A stretch of 63,887 bases of DNA, filler included, from Folioceros fuciformis (GCA_049999805.1; 11 parts of 11 records of this genome joined end to end with filler, not necessarily neighbours in it), one strand, 5' to 3'. Positions 12,601 through 24,056 are shown, counted from the first letter of the whole stretch. The notes: generated by a model not told the origin, from the sequence alone. Made by a program: numbers and translations.

Positions 12601-13585
12601 TATGAACGAAACGACAACTCGAACACAGTACACATTGCTTGGACCACTATCAGGTTTATGGTGCCCCAGTTCATTCTCAAACAACTACATGACATAGTGT
12701 GTTGGTGGATACATGGCCATGCCCCGTTGCCCTTGCCCACCACACTCCACTCCGCCCCCCCTCAATGTCATTGCATTCGAACCAAAGATACACATTCGCG
12801 AACTTATATTCAACTGAAGTCCTTGNNNNNNNNNNNNNNNNNNNNNNNNNNNNNNNNNNNNNNNNNNNNTTAATTAATTAANNNNNNNNNNNNNNNNNNN
12901 NNNNNNNNNNNNNNNNNNNNNNNNNTAGCTTAGCTCTTAGCTTAGCTTTTAGACCAGCTCCCTACAAGTCCTTTTTTGCAGTTGTGACTTTTGCATTTCA
13001 CAGTTGTGGATTGGTTTGGTTTTCTAGCTTTAGCAGCAAGCGTGACTGTAGTATTGGCTTGCCTTCTTTTCCTCTTCCAGCCTAGCTAGATGACTTGTTG
13101 TTTGCTGTGCATGTTCATGGGGGAATGCAACCTAAGGAGCATGGGACCAGTCCTCGTTATAGATTGAGATCCTGTGACATCCCTGGACAAAGCACCCCAC
13201 CTAGACGTGCATACACACAACGGAGGAGGGCAGCCAAGAGGCAGGAGCAAGCTCAGGAGTTTGTGGAAGTCAGCATCGACCCCGACACTCCACCTTCAAC
13301 AACAAGGCTAGCAACCAACTGGTCCCCATTTACAAGTTTCCTCATCTCTGAGCCTTCAACTTTGGAGGGAGAGCAGGCTCCATTTCAAAGCCAGCTACCT
13401 GAGGAGAGGAGGAGACACAGGGAGAGTTCTTGTTAGAACAGTCCTTGGGCCATACACCCTTGGAGCAGCCCCACTTGCCAATGTGGGGTGGGCAGCCTTC
13501 AATTCACTCAGGCCTTAGATTTCCTCATCCAGGACAGCCATACATCAGCCAGTAACGTGCTGAGTATTCTGAAGACTCAGACGAC

Positions 13586-15216
13586 ATGGAAGGAGGAGCA
13601 CCTTACAGGCATGAGAGATTTTCAGGGAGGCCAGGTACACAACCCCTACGAAACTTCAAGTTATTTGTCAATGGCATGATCAATCGAGTCAAGTTTAAAC
13701 ATGGTGCTACGTACAGCCACCTCTACATGTTTGAACAATTGGTTGGTCATCTAGCAAACGAGGCCCTAGACTTGTATGAGGTGCACCAAGCTGAACTCAC
13801 AGCAACGGTGGCTACGCCTAACCCCCTGTTCCAGAATGCCTTGCAGCTAGCTTACAATGCTAAGCTAGCTAATGCAATTAATGCTCACCAGGCTGGTATT
13901 GCTGTGGGAGCATTGCAGCCACAGTGCAACCACCAACAGGGGTCAGCCTAACAACGGTGGAGATGGCTGCAGCTACTGCACGTGTGGATGCTGACATCCT
14001 CACACCCAAGCATGCCAACCTAGTGGAAGACTTTTTGGAGATTTTGGAAAAGGCTTTTCCCCTCAAGACACTTGAGAAGCTTGCAGAGGTAGCAAGTTTT
14101 GCGCGCAAGAAAGGTGAAACTGTTCAGATGACCTTTCGTCGACTACAGAAATTGCGAGAGGGTACAGGAATGCTAACAGACCAAGAGGCAGCACAAAAAT
14201 TCCTCACAGCGTTGGAAGGTGATCCACTTTTCCACTTTCAGCTTGTCACACCCCTTGTGGATAAGTATGGAGATAGTTATACTTTGGAGCAGGTGCATGA
14301 GGAGGCTGAGAAGAAGGAGATTGCATTCTCAGCATATGCCTCAAGGCATTCTAAGGCCTTCACGCATTATCAAAGCATGTTCTCTAGTAAGAACATAGCT
14401 GCTGGGACTGTAGGTGCTGGGGCATCCAAGTCTACTCAAGCCAAGCCAGCCAAAGCAGGAGCTGCAGCAACCTTGGAGGCTTTGTGCAATCGCTGTGGCA
14501 GTCCGGAGCACATGGCTCCGGACTGCAAGTGCCCTCCAGAAGGATTGCTTTGTTCTCATTGCCACAAGCTTGGACATCTTGTGACTATATGCTTCCAGAA
14601 GCATCCGGAGCGAAGGCAAAAGCAAGGGGGCACCACAAATGTTGTAGGGACAGTTCCCACTTCCACTGATTCAAGCCTCTCGGCTACAGGCAATACAGGA
14701 GTCTCACGCAGCAAACAGCAGTGAGAGAAGGCCAAGGCCAAGGTGGCTACTAATGTAGACAAGCTCACTTCACTGGAAGCAACCGTGGCTGCTCTTGCCA
14801 CACAGGTGGGGGCACTTTCAGCTAGCATCTCTAGCAGCGTAGCTACTTCCAAGCCAGCTAGGACAGCCACATTGGTGGCATCACCAATAGAGGATGATGA
14901 GGACTATGGGCTACCACATGAGGCTTGTACAGTAGATGTGGCAGCATCACAGCCAAGTTCCCCCTTGCCTTCTACATGGGTAGGACAAGATCTTCGATGG
15001 TTGACCATGGCTGCAATAGCTGGATCTACTAGACCAGTCACACGACAACGTGGGGCAAGGGCTGCCATGCCTCAGTCTTTCACTCCCCTTCCTCCAGGAG
15101 CATCCATCCCGATGCGGGGACAGGATCACTTGGACGATGGACAGCTAAATATGGCTGGTCCAGGATTACAGGACAAGTTACTTACGCATACAGCAGTTAC
15201 CATGGGGAATGCTTAG
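13586..15216 (+). mobile_element. Retrotransposon gag-like region (Ty3/Gypsy-like) with two CCHC zinc knuckles; frameshifted, truncated by gap
   Basis: Overlapping ORFs 13586-13951, 13924-14724 and 14743-15216. Capsid-like FARKKGETVQMTFRRLQKL, knuckles CNRCGSPEHMAPDC and CSHCHKLGHLVTIC (both C-X2-C-X4-H-X4-C). Confidence 0.7.
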
Positions 15217-15364
15217 CGGCCGTGTGGGCTGTTTGCCATTTCCGCCCATATCTGTTTGGGAAGCNNNNNNNNNNNNNNNNNNNNNNNNNNNNNNNNNNNN
15301 NNNNNNNNTTAATTAATTAANNNNNNNNNNNNNNNNNNNNNNNNNNNNNNNNNNNNNNNNNNNN

Positions 15365-16621
15365 ATTCCTTATTGGAAAAAGCAAATACTTGCCTGCTAC
15401 TTTCCAAAATCCTTACAAAATCCTCCCTAGCCTCCAAAGTTATCTCATCAGAAATACGCCACTAAAAATCCATACATTCCTGTTTCTCATGGACATTAAC
15501 CTCATAGCTTGAGCTAGCCACATTCCCAGCTTTTCTTTCTACATCTACAACCTTTGCCCCATATCTCATTTGCTTGCTCTGCTTACCCTCATCACCTAAA
15601 ACCTCATCATGCTCTCTCATTCTTTTAGTCTCCTCTCAAGCGTCTAAACCTTCATATCTTCTTACTGTACCCAGACTACGTCTCTCCAACCTTGTGCTTA
15701 AAATAACTTTCCACTTTCTCTTCCACTCCTGATAAACTTTTATAGACATCATAAGCCACCTGACTGTATTCAAATTCATATCTTGTCCGAGTTTTTTATT
15801 CCTGTGCTCAAATGTTATGCCCTCCACTTAAGTAGTATTTGTATCAAAACCCATCGCCCTCTCTCTCTCCATGAGAGATGGCATATCCCACACCTTCCTC
15901 TTTGTATCAAATATCATCCCAGGTCCTTCCCCTTTAAATGCATTAGCGCCCTCAAAACTTACAAATGTCGGTAACGCCCTCCTGAGCTCCCCCTTTTTAT
16001 TTACACAATAGAAAGGCTGTCTATCCTCTGAAGTCACCTGCTTACTCACTCGCCCCTTATCTAATATCTGATCAACTATTAAATCATCATCCCTACGCCA
16101 CTGACTCACAAGCATCTGCAACAAATGCCTAGGCATCATATTATTCCAAAAACAACGATGCCTATGAGCCCTAGATCCAAACTGCACTGCATTCAACTTT
16201 ATAGGTTCAACCAAACAATACTTGATCTTCTCAAAATCTCGCCTCAACACCATTTTTCTATCCATTTGTGAATCCTAGGCATCATGTTATTCCAAAAACA
16301 GCGATGCCTATGAGCCCTAGATCCAAACTGCACTGCATCCAACTTTATAGGTTCACCCAAATAATACTTGATCTCCTCAAAATCTCACGTCAACACCATT
16401 CTTCTATCCATTTGTGAATTCACATTCTCAATCAAAAAACCACATTCTTTCCTCTGATGCTTTCGCACCAAATTCAAAATCCTAATTTGCTCATAAAATA
16501 ACACCTACCTATAATCCAACAAGCCTTTTCCCTTGCCTACCATTGAATACCCTTGACATTCCTAGCCAGCTATTATCAGATCAATTTCTTCCTCCATTTG
16601 AAATTGTACCAATCCAATAAG
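15365..16621 (-). pseudogene. 3' part of a retrotransposon-borne C5 cytosine DNA methyltransferase (motifs IV-X), followed by the start of the RT region
   Basis: Hand translation from 16621 downward: LIGLVQFQMEEEIDLIIAG*ECQGYSMVGKGKGLLDYR*VLFYEQIRILNL (motif IV, Cys codon 16558-16556), GFLIENV (motif VI, 16429-16421), DAVQFGSRAHRHRCFWNN (VIII), PSLMERERAMGF (IX), RNKKLGQDMNLNTVRWL (X). After a linker comes WRISDEITLEAREDFVRILESSRQVFAFSNKE (~15460-15365), which resembles the pre-RT segment of Gypsy pol. Confidence 0.85.
16128..16419. repeat. 146-bp tandem duplication inside the methyltransferase (frameshifting)
   Basis: 16128-16273 and 16274-16419 both encode MDR.MVL..DFE.IKY.L.EPIKL.AVQFGSRAHRHRCFWNNMMPR. 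The copies differ at several positions. Confidence 0.9.
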
Positions 16622-17085
16622 TGTTACGGATAATAAATGATATCCTAACACAGATTAACCAGTTATAACCTACTAGTAGTTAGGCTAAAGTGAATAGACA
16701 CTTTAGTCAATATTTAAACATACACAATTTTGTATTTAATTAATTCATTCAATGTTTACAACAAGCTTCCGCTTATTATCATGGTATCATAGCTCTGGCT
16801 CTTTGATCCATGCTGCTCAGTTGTACATAGATTTAGGCTACTCTATAAAATAGAGCAGATGTTGTACTCTAGATGAGACAAGGTGTCTTTTAACATAGCT
16901 TAGTGTGCATTCATTTATGCACGCTGAGCAATGTTGGAATGTCCACTAGACAACATTTGATGAGTCTAGCTACAATGGGATCATTACACATATTAGACTA
17001 TGTTGGTCCCATCTGAGCAACAGGGATGACGCGTAGGTCTAGAAATAGGCATCATGTTCTAAGTGTAGGGGAATTTAAAACTAAA

Positions 17086-17517
17086 ATGACTTCTACCTCA
17101 AATAGATACCTTGAGGATTCTTCAAGGAGAATCTCTAGACAAACCTTACGCAAGTCAGTCATCCCCATAGTATCTCAAAAATTGGAGATATCACTTGGTG
17201 AACAAAGGAATCAGCGTTCCTGTATCTGCTATGCAAATCTGTGCCCAAGCTCAAGACGAGGATTGACAAGACGATCATCAAGAGTGTTGTCACCGTTTGA
17301 AGATGAAGATTCAATCCTGAAAGTGACTCGCCCAGCAATTGTTGGTTGTATTTGAGACACTCAACTTCTGCTGTTCAGAACAAGATCAGATCTCACCTTA
17401 CAGATTGATTCAACAATTCGAATGATTGCCGCTCTTACAGAGGATCTGGGCTTGCATGCAATCTTAGACTTCTCAAGTGCAAACTGCGACTATTCAGAGA
17501 ATTGCGCGTTTTCTTAG
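17086..17517 (+). pseudogene. Extra 5' ORF (ORF0-like) of the Copia element, one internal stop; unknown function
   Basis: The frame of ORF 17026-17355 continues past TGA as DTQLLLFRTRSDLTLQIDSTIRMIAALTEDLG...FS*. It lies between PBS and gag. Confidence 0.4.
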
Positions 17518-20500
17518 AGTTTCAGACCCCAGGATTTTCACTGATGGATTCTCAAGCTGCCCTCTACTTACCGTCGCTATCGCCTTCGATTCGCGAGCGC
17601 GATGCTTGAGAGGCGACCTGATTAGATAGGTGAGAGGCGTGCTGCAGCTGGAGGTGGACAAAGCTCACCACTCCAAGCGCTACGTGCAGCCAACCACCAA
17701 CAGGCGCCTTGCGCAGGACTAACGGTTGGTAGTCATGTACACGTAGGCACATTTCTCCTAGATTGTGTACACCTATCATGAGCACACAACTTGTCATATC
17801 CTTAAACTTGTAAGTTAGGGCACGTTTGGTGTTTCTAGGTCACACTTACTTACCGTTTCAAATCTCCATGTCGTTTCGGAGTGGCGTTTTGATTTTGATT
17901 TGTTTTTTGATTAGTTAATATCCTACAAACATTTGACGCATATACGTATTCTCTACGTGAATGCATAGACATTTTCTGTATGTCAGGTCTCTCATTTCTC
18001 TTTGAAGAGACTGATAGTGATCCTGACACATACCAAGAAACGGAGGCGTCATTTTTGCAGTCTCTAATGTCTCAATTTTCCTCTATGGTTGCTCCTCCTG
18101 CACCTATTCTCCCTGTTGTTATTGCACAAATGACTACAATACAGTCTGCAACTTTCGGAGGCGAATTCAAGGAAAAAGACCGTTTTGATGGTACACATAC
18201 CAAGTATGAAAGCTGGCGAGCTAGGATGAAGGCATTCCTAGATGCTTGTGATGTGTGGGAGGGGAGTATCCAATGGCTCGATTCCTATTCCTGCACCAAT
18301 TGATCCCCAAGATGTTAAAGACAAGTTTGTCAAAGGGAACAAGGTGGCCTTTGCCATCATACTTTCAGGCCTTGGAGAAACTACAGTTACAGAAGTTGAA
18401 AGCTTGCCTACAGCTGCTGCTGTGTGGGAGCAACTTAAAAACACTTACCAGGTTCAAAATATATTGACGCTGGTTTCTGTTCGTAATCAATTCTATCGCT
18501 TGCGTTTGAAGGAAGGAGATAGTTTGGGAGCACATATAACCAAGTTTTGGTACCTAAGAGCACAGCTTGCTACGCTCGGCAGCATAATGACCAAAGTGGA
18601 TGTTGTTGCTCAGTTGCTTGGCAGTTTACCTCCCACCTATCAAACCTTCATCTTTGGACAGAATGCTGCTTTTTAGTCTTCATATATTGCTGTTGCTGCT
18701 GGTTAACTAGCAACTATCAACCTGAACAATGTGATTGGCGCGCTCCTTCAAGAGGAGCAAAGCCATCACAGGTCTGGATCCAGTTCCAGAAATCGAGGTG
18801 AAAAATTGCTCTTGGCAGCCAAGGGCAAAATGTTTGGGAAGGGGACGGATAAAGGAGGAAAGAAACCTACCTCCATTTTGTCCTTGACTGCCAAACGAGT
18901 TGGCACTTGCCAGTGGTGTGGCATCCCTGGACATTGGGAGCACAATTGTCGTAAGACGCAAGTTGGTGATCCTAAGAAGGACGTGAAAGTAACACAAGCT
19001 CATGTTGCTGTGAAGGACTCAAAGTTACCTTGACACAAGAGTGCTGCAATAGCCTTCATTGTGTGCTTCAATGCTACTTGAGAGCTTTCATCACTGTGGT
19101 TGATTGGCTCAGGTGCCTCTACACATGTTTGCAACAACCGGCAGTTGTTCACAACTTTCTGGAACACAACCTCACCACAGTTAATTTATGTGGGAGATGC
19201 TCGAGGAGTTGCAGTTAAAGGTACTGGACGAGTAGTCATACCTTTAATGAGTGGAGGAACACTTCAGTTGGAAGATGTTCTCTATGTGCCCTCCATGTCA
19301 AAGAACCTGATCTCCATCCGAGCAATTACAAGTAGTCAGTTGTATGGTTTCCGTTTTGAGGCTAACCACTGTTACATTTACAATTTAGATGATTTAGACC
19401 ACCATGTAGCAGAAGCTGCAGCAGTTGGTGACTTGTATCAGTTGTTCACTACATCCAAGAGGTTAGAACGAGCTTATGTAGTCACTTTGACGAATCAGGC
19501 TAAGTTGTGGCATGCTAGATTGGGTCATGTAAATAAAACCAAACTTGACCTTATGTCGGCGTCAGATTGTTACAGAGAGAAGTTGCCGTCATGTTTCAAA
19601 TCACTTCCTGTTTGCAGTTCCTGTGTCCTATCCAAGCAAAAAGAACTACCCTTCAAGAATAGGAATGCCACAAGGGCAACATCCTTGTTAGAGTTGGTAC
19701 ATGCTAACATAGCTGCAAAACTGCAAATTAAGTCATTAGGAGGTGCTGAGTACTATCTAACAATCACTAATGATTATTCAAGATACACTTGGACTTACCC
19801 ATTGTGACACAAAAGTGATACTTCGATCATATTTCGTCCTGGATTGTCATGGTTCAACGCCAAACCGGCTGCTTGGTAAAATGCCTAGGAACAGACAATG
19901 GAGGTGAGTTTGTTGGCTACAAATATGATGAGCTGTTTAAAAGGTGTGGCATCATTCGCCAACTGGCTGTACCCTACACACAACTGCAAAATGGTGTTGC
20001 TGAACGTAAGAACCAGACACTTATGGGCATGACTAGGAGTATGCTATCTTATGCGGGATTATCTAAAAAGTAATGGGCTGAAGCCATTATTACTGCAACA
20101 TATATACTAAACAGGCTACTTATAGCTGCTGTTCGAGGACGGACCCCTTATGAAGTTTTCTGGGGACGTAAGCCCAATATAAATCACTTAAGAGTGTTTG
20201 GATCCTCTGCCTTTGTATATGTTCCTGTAGAAAGAAGGAAGAAGTTAGACGACAGGGCAATTCCTTATCTTTTTTTAGGTTGCTCTGAGGAGAGTAAAGC
20301 CTATAAGTTGATTAATCCTCAAACTCATAAGGTAGTGCTCGCAAGAAGTGTCACATTTTGTGAACTTACCTCTCCTAGATCAGATACTTCACATGAAGAA
20401 CTTGAGGGAGAAATTACCTGTTAGAGAACGGAGGCCACGGTTAGAATGGACAGAAGTACCATATGAGTTTGTTGATTTTCGGAAATCAGCATATATGGCC

Positions 20501-22440
20501 AACTTATCTATCCAAGAAGTGAGGCCTGATCCTTAGTCGTACAGTGCAGCTCTCAATGGCCCTGATCGTGATCATTGGAGGGTTAGTATAAATGAAGAGT
20601 ATAATAGCTTAATAAAGATTAACACATGGGAATTGGTGGACTTACCTTATGGACGTAAACCCATTACCTGTAAGTGGCTGTTTAAAACAAAGCTAAATTC
20701 TGATGGCACAATTGCTCGCTATAAGTCTCGACTGGTTGCAAGAGGGTTTAGCCAAATCCCTAGAGTGGATTATGGGGAGACGTTTTCTCCTGTTGTTAAA
20801 CCACCGTCTATTCGGATTTTACTTACTATGGCCGTAGAGTTTGACCTTGAGGTTCATCAGATGGATGTGTGTACAGCGTTTCTCCATGGTGAGCTGGAGG
20901 AGGTCCTGTACAGGGAGTAGCCAGAGGGCTTTGTTAGTACCCACTGGCCTCAGCGAGTATGTAAGCTCTTGAAAACTCTCTACGGATTGAAATAGAGCCC
21001 GAGGGCTTGGTATAAACGAATCATGAAGTACCTCAAGCAGAAGGGCTTTGTGCAGTGTGGGGCAGACTCCAATGTGTTTTATTTCTCAAAAGGAGCCGTC
21101 TTCATTATTCTTGCCCTTTATGTCGACGATGCCATCCTGTTGAGGAACAGTACCTCCATGTTAGATAAGGCAAAGGCCTTGCTTCGAGCAAAGTTTGCGA
21201 TGACATACCAAGGCAAATTACAATTTTGCCCTGGAATTCAGATCTTACTGGATAGGCCTGCTGGAGCAATTGTACTACATCAGACTAAATATCTCAAGGA
21301 GATTTTGAAACGTTTTGTTCTTGATTCTGCTCGTCTAGTGTCCACTCCCTCAGTAGTGGGAGTAAAGCTCACAGCAGACATGTCCCCAACAACTGCTCTA
21401 GATCTTGCTGACATGCAAGCTGTACCTTATGCTGAGGCTGTGGGTTGTCTTATTTTCATTGCCAATTAAACTCGCCCCGATATCTCCTATGCAGTGAGTA
21501 TTGTTAGCCAATTTCTCAAATGCCCAAGCAGACCTCATTAGGCTACTGTCAAGAGGATTTATTGATATCTTAAGGGTACAATTCATCTTGGCTTGCATTA
21601 TATAGCCAGTGGACATAAACAGATGGTACTTACCTCTTGGGCTGATGCCAACTGGGCTTCAGATGCCGATACCAGACAGAGCCTTTCAGCCTATGTGTTT
21701 CAACTTGCGTTGGGATCTGTAAATTGGTCCTGTAAAAAGCAAGCATCGTTAGCGCTGTCCAGCACTGAAGTTGAGTATAAAGCCTTAACAAATGCTTGTA
21801 AGGAAGCGGAGTGGGAGAGGCAATTCCTGGATGGTATTCACTTACCTCAGAATGAACTAACCCAACTCTTCTGTGATAATATGAGTGCCATTGCCTTGGT
21901 CTTGAATCTAAGATTTCATGCACGAACAAAACACATAGAGTTGTATCATCATTTTATACGTGATGCAGCAGAAAGAGAAGTTGTAAAGTTGAGTACATAC
22001 ATACAGACAGCAACACTGCCAATGTTTTGACTAAGGGGCTTGTTAAGACAAAGCACTACAGACATGTGGCAGCTCTTGGCTTAAGGATTTTGTTATGCCT
22101 ACTCCCTCTTCTACAACTTGAGGCTGTCACTTGCCCTATGGGAAGGATGAAGAAACCCAAGGACTTAGTGTGTTTATTGTCGATTGGTTAAGGAGGTCCA
22201 AACTCCCAGCGTGTCCGCTTAAATATCTTCCTGTTGTTGTCCTTTCTTATACAGGCAAATTCAGGTAGCAATATTTTAGTGGATGAAGCCAACAAGTTAT
22301 AGTACAAAGCGTAAATTGTCTGCAGCAAATTGTATGGTAGCAGTCTTAATCGCTTACCTGTAAATGTGAGTGGGACTGTAAGGTTTTCCACCGTGAACCT
22401 CTTCAACGTAATCCATCAAGATTAGCTCCTTCACCAAGTG

Positions 22441-22857
22441 CTAACACTCTATCTCTGTGAAAGGATGGTTAAGATCGTTAGGATCAGGCTTAGGAGATAG
22501 CAACTCTTGCAACTCATACAGTTTGCAGCTTGACTCCTTTAGGGCCTCTTTCAACTCGTCGCACTTCTTCAGGACAGCATGTAGGTGACAAAACATGTTC
22601 CTGTCAGCCAAAGTCGGTCTCTGGAATCTGAGAATCTGAGAAGTCTGAGAATCTGGAAGCGAGGGTTCTCTAGTGTCTTTGGTCTTCACCAGACTTGAGC
22701 TTGGATGACCTATTCCAGGTTGATGCACAAAAGGTTGTTCTTGGCGAGGCAGAACGCGATTCCTGGTCGGCGCCATCTTGTTGATCAGCGCTGCTTCGGC
22801 TCTGCATGTTAGAAGTGTGGTGAGCACGCATATAAAGACATCCAGGAACGGCTCCAT
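22441..22857 (-). CDS. Antisense 3' extra ORF inside the Copia element (138 aa, hydrophobic N-terminus, coiled-coil-like C-terminus)
   Basis: Open ATG-started ORF between RNase H and the PPT, opposite to pol. Analogous ORFs occur in two other Copia elements of this window. Confidence 0.45.
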   Translation of the reverse strand: MEPFLDVFICVLTTLLTCRAEAALINKMAPTRNRVLPRQEQPFVHQPGIGHPSSSLVKTKDTREPSLPDSQTSQILRFQRPTLADRNMFCHLHAVLKKCDELKEALKESSCKLYELQELLSPKPDPNDLNHPFTEIEC

Positions 22858-23197
22858 TGCTCACAGCCTTGAAGCCGCACGTGTCAAGAATGACAATCAG
22901 AAGAGTAGGTGCAACTCTTGAAGAGTGGGAGTAATCACTGCCTGATCCGTTCAGTTGTGGAGGAACCCGTGTAACGCAAGCGTAACGAGTTTTAATGGTT
23001 GAATAATCAGGAATCCGTTCTATGGCTAAATGGGAGTGTTACGGATAATAAATGATATCCTAACACAGATTAACCAGTTATAACCTACTGGTAGTTAGGT
23101 TAAAGTGAATAGACACTTTAGTCAGTATTTAAACATACACGATTTTGTATTTTAATTAATTCATTCAATGTTTACAACAAGGTTCCGCTTATTATCA

Positions 23198-24056
23198 ATA
23201 AGCCTAACATCTTGCGGCCAAACAGAAAACGCTTGCTTCACAGCTTTAACCTTTAATTGTTCAAGATACTTTTTGCATAATTTAAACACCCTTGCCTTTG
23301 CAATTGCCTGACAAACTTCATCTGGATCACAATAAATATAACGTCTGACCACATACCCAGTAGCCAACATAGCCTCCAGACCAGATGCAATCCCAGCAAA
23401 CAACTCAACCACAACCAATCCATACTCAGACAAACTCAATGTCACAAGTTTATTACACACAGGTTCAAGTTTACAAACTGCTTCCTTTGTACAAAACTGA
23501 ATTTTATCATCTAGCTGAAACTCAACCTGTCGCTTTTCAAGCTCTCTAAAAATTTCAGCTAATACTCTACCAACATTTTCTCTCATTGCAATTTCTTCCA
23601 CTCTGTTATGACTATATTCCTTTAAACATAACTTATCCATATGCCTCTCCATCCACAACTTATCATCTTCATCTTCTTCCTCCTGCTCATCCCAAGAAGT
23701 CGTCATGTTTACTACACACGCATCTTGCATGTCCTCCTGTAATTGCAACTTAAGTGGAATTGTTGCTACTCTCATTCCTTCACCTTGTCGCCATCTTGGA
23801 CGATAGTAGAACTCCTCTGCCCATAAGTCCACCCCTCCTCCATGCATGAATAAAGCCTATGTTCCCAAAATAACATCAAAATTTCCAGATTTGACAATCA
23901 AACATTTCATATCAATCGTTGTCTCTTCTTTTGTCCCAGGCTTAAAACATAACTGCAATTTCTCTTTAGTTTCCCCCATCATTGCCTCCAGGCCTCCATT
24001 GGCCATCCTTATCTTCCATCTTGTCTCCTGTATATCTTCCTTTCTCAATCCCATAG
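23198..24056 (-). pseudogene. 5' part of the methyltransferase-bearing pol: C-terminal half of a retropepsin, acidic linker, and C5-MTase motifs I-III
   Basis: IRMANGG...CLIVKSGNFDVILGT (retropepsin flap and DVILG, 24054-23857); GGGVDLWAEEFYYRPRW; LVVVELFAGIASGLEAML (motif I, ~23418-23365), YIYCDPD (motif II), WPQDVRLI (motif III) running into the Copia TSD. Confidence 0.85.

Larger units (their letters stand above)
16622..23197 (+). mobile_element. Structurally complete but coding-degenerate Ty1/Copia LTR retrotransposon with 5-bp TSD
   Basis: LTRs 16622-16781 and 23037-23197 (TGTTACGG...ATTATCA; 5 substitutions plus 1 indel by eye). TSD ATAAG at 16617-16621 and 23198-23202. PBS TGGTATCATAGC (tRNA-iMet-like) at 16782-16793; PPT AAATGGGAG before the 3' LTR. 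Fragmented gag (CQWCGIPGHWEHNC), protease (IGSGASTH), integrase (WHARLGH, TDNGGEF, QNGVAER), RT (HQMDV, YVDD) and RNase H (DANWA, SSTEVEY, RTKHIE) over ~17980-22090. Confidence 0.96.

Noticed and set aside
23161-23197. C-terminus DNKRNLVVNIE of ORF 23161-23847
   Set aside because: It is read-through into the Copia 3' LTR. The true continuation is at 16616 downward.
15636-23847. Host DNA methyltransferase gene (MET1, CMT, DRM, DNMT2)
   Set aside because: No introns and no BAH, chromo or UBA domains. Motif order is canonical rather than DRM-permuted, and the domain is flanked by retropepsin and pre-RT sequence.
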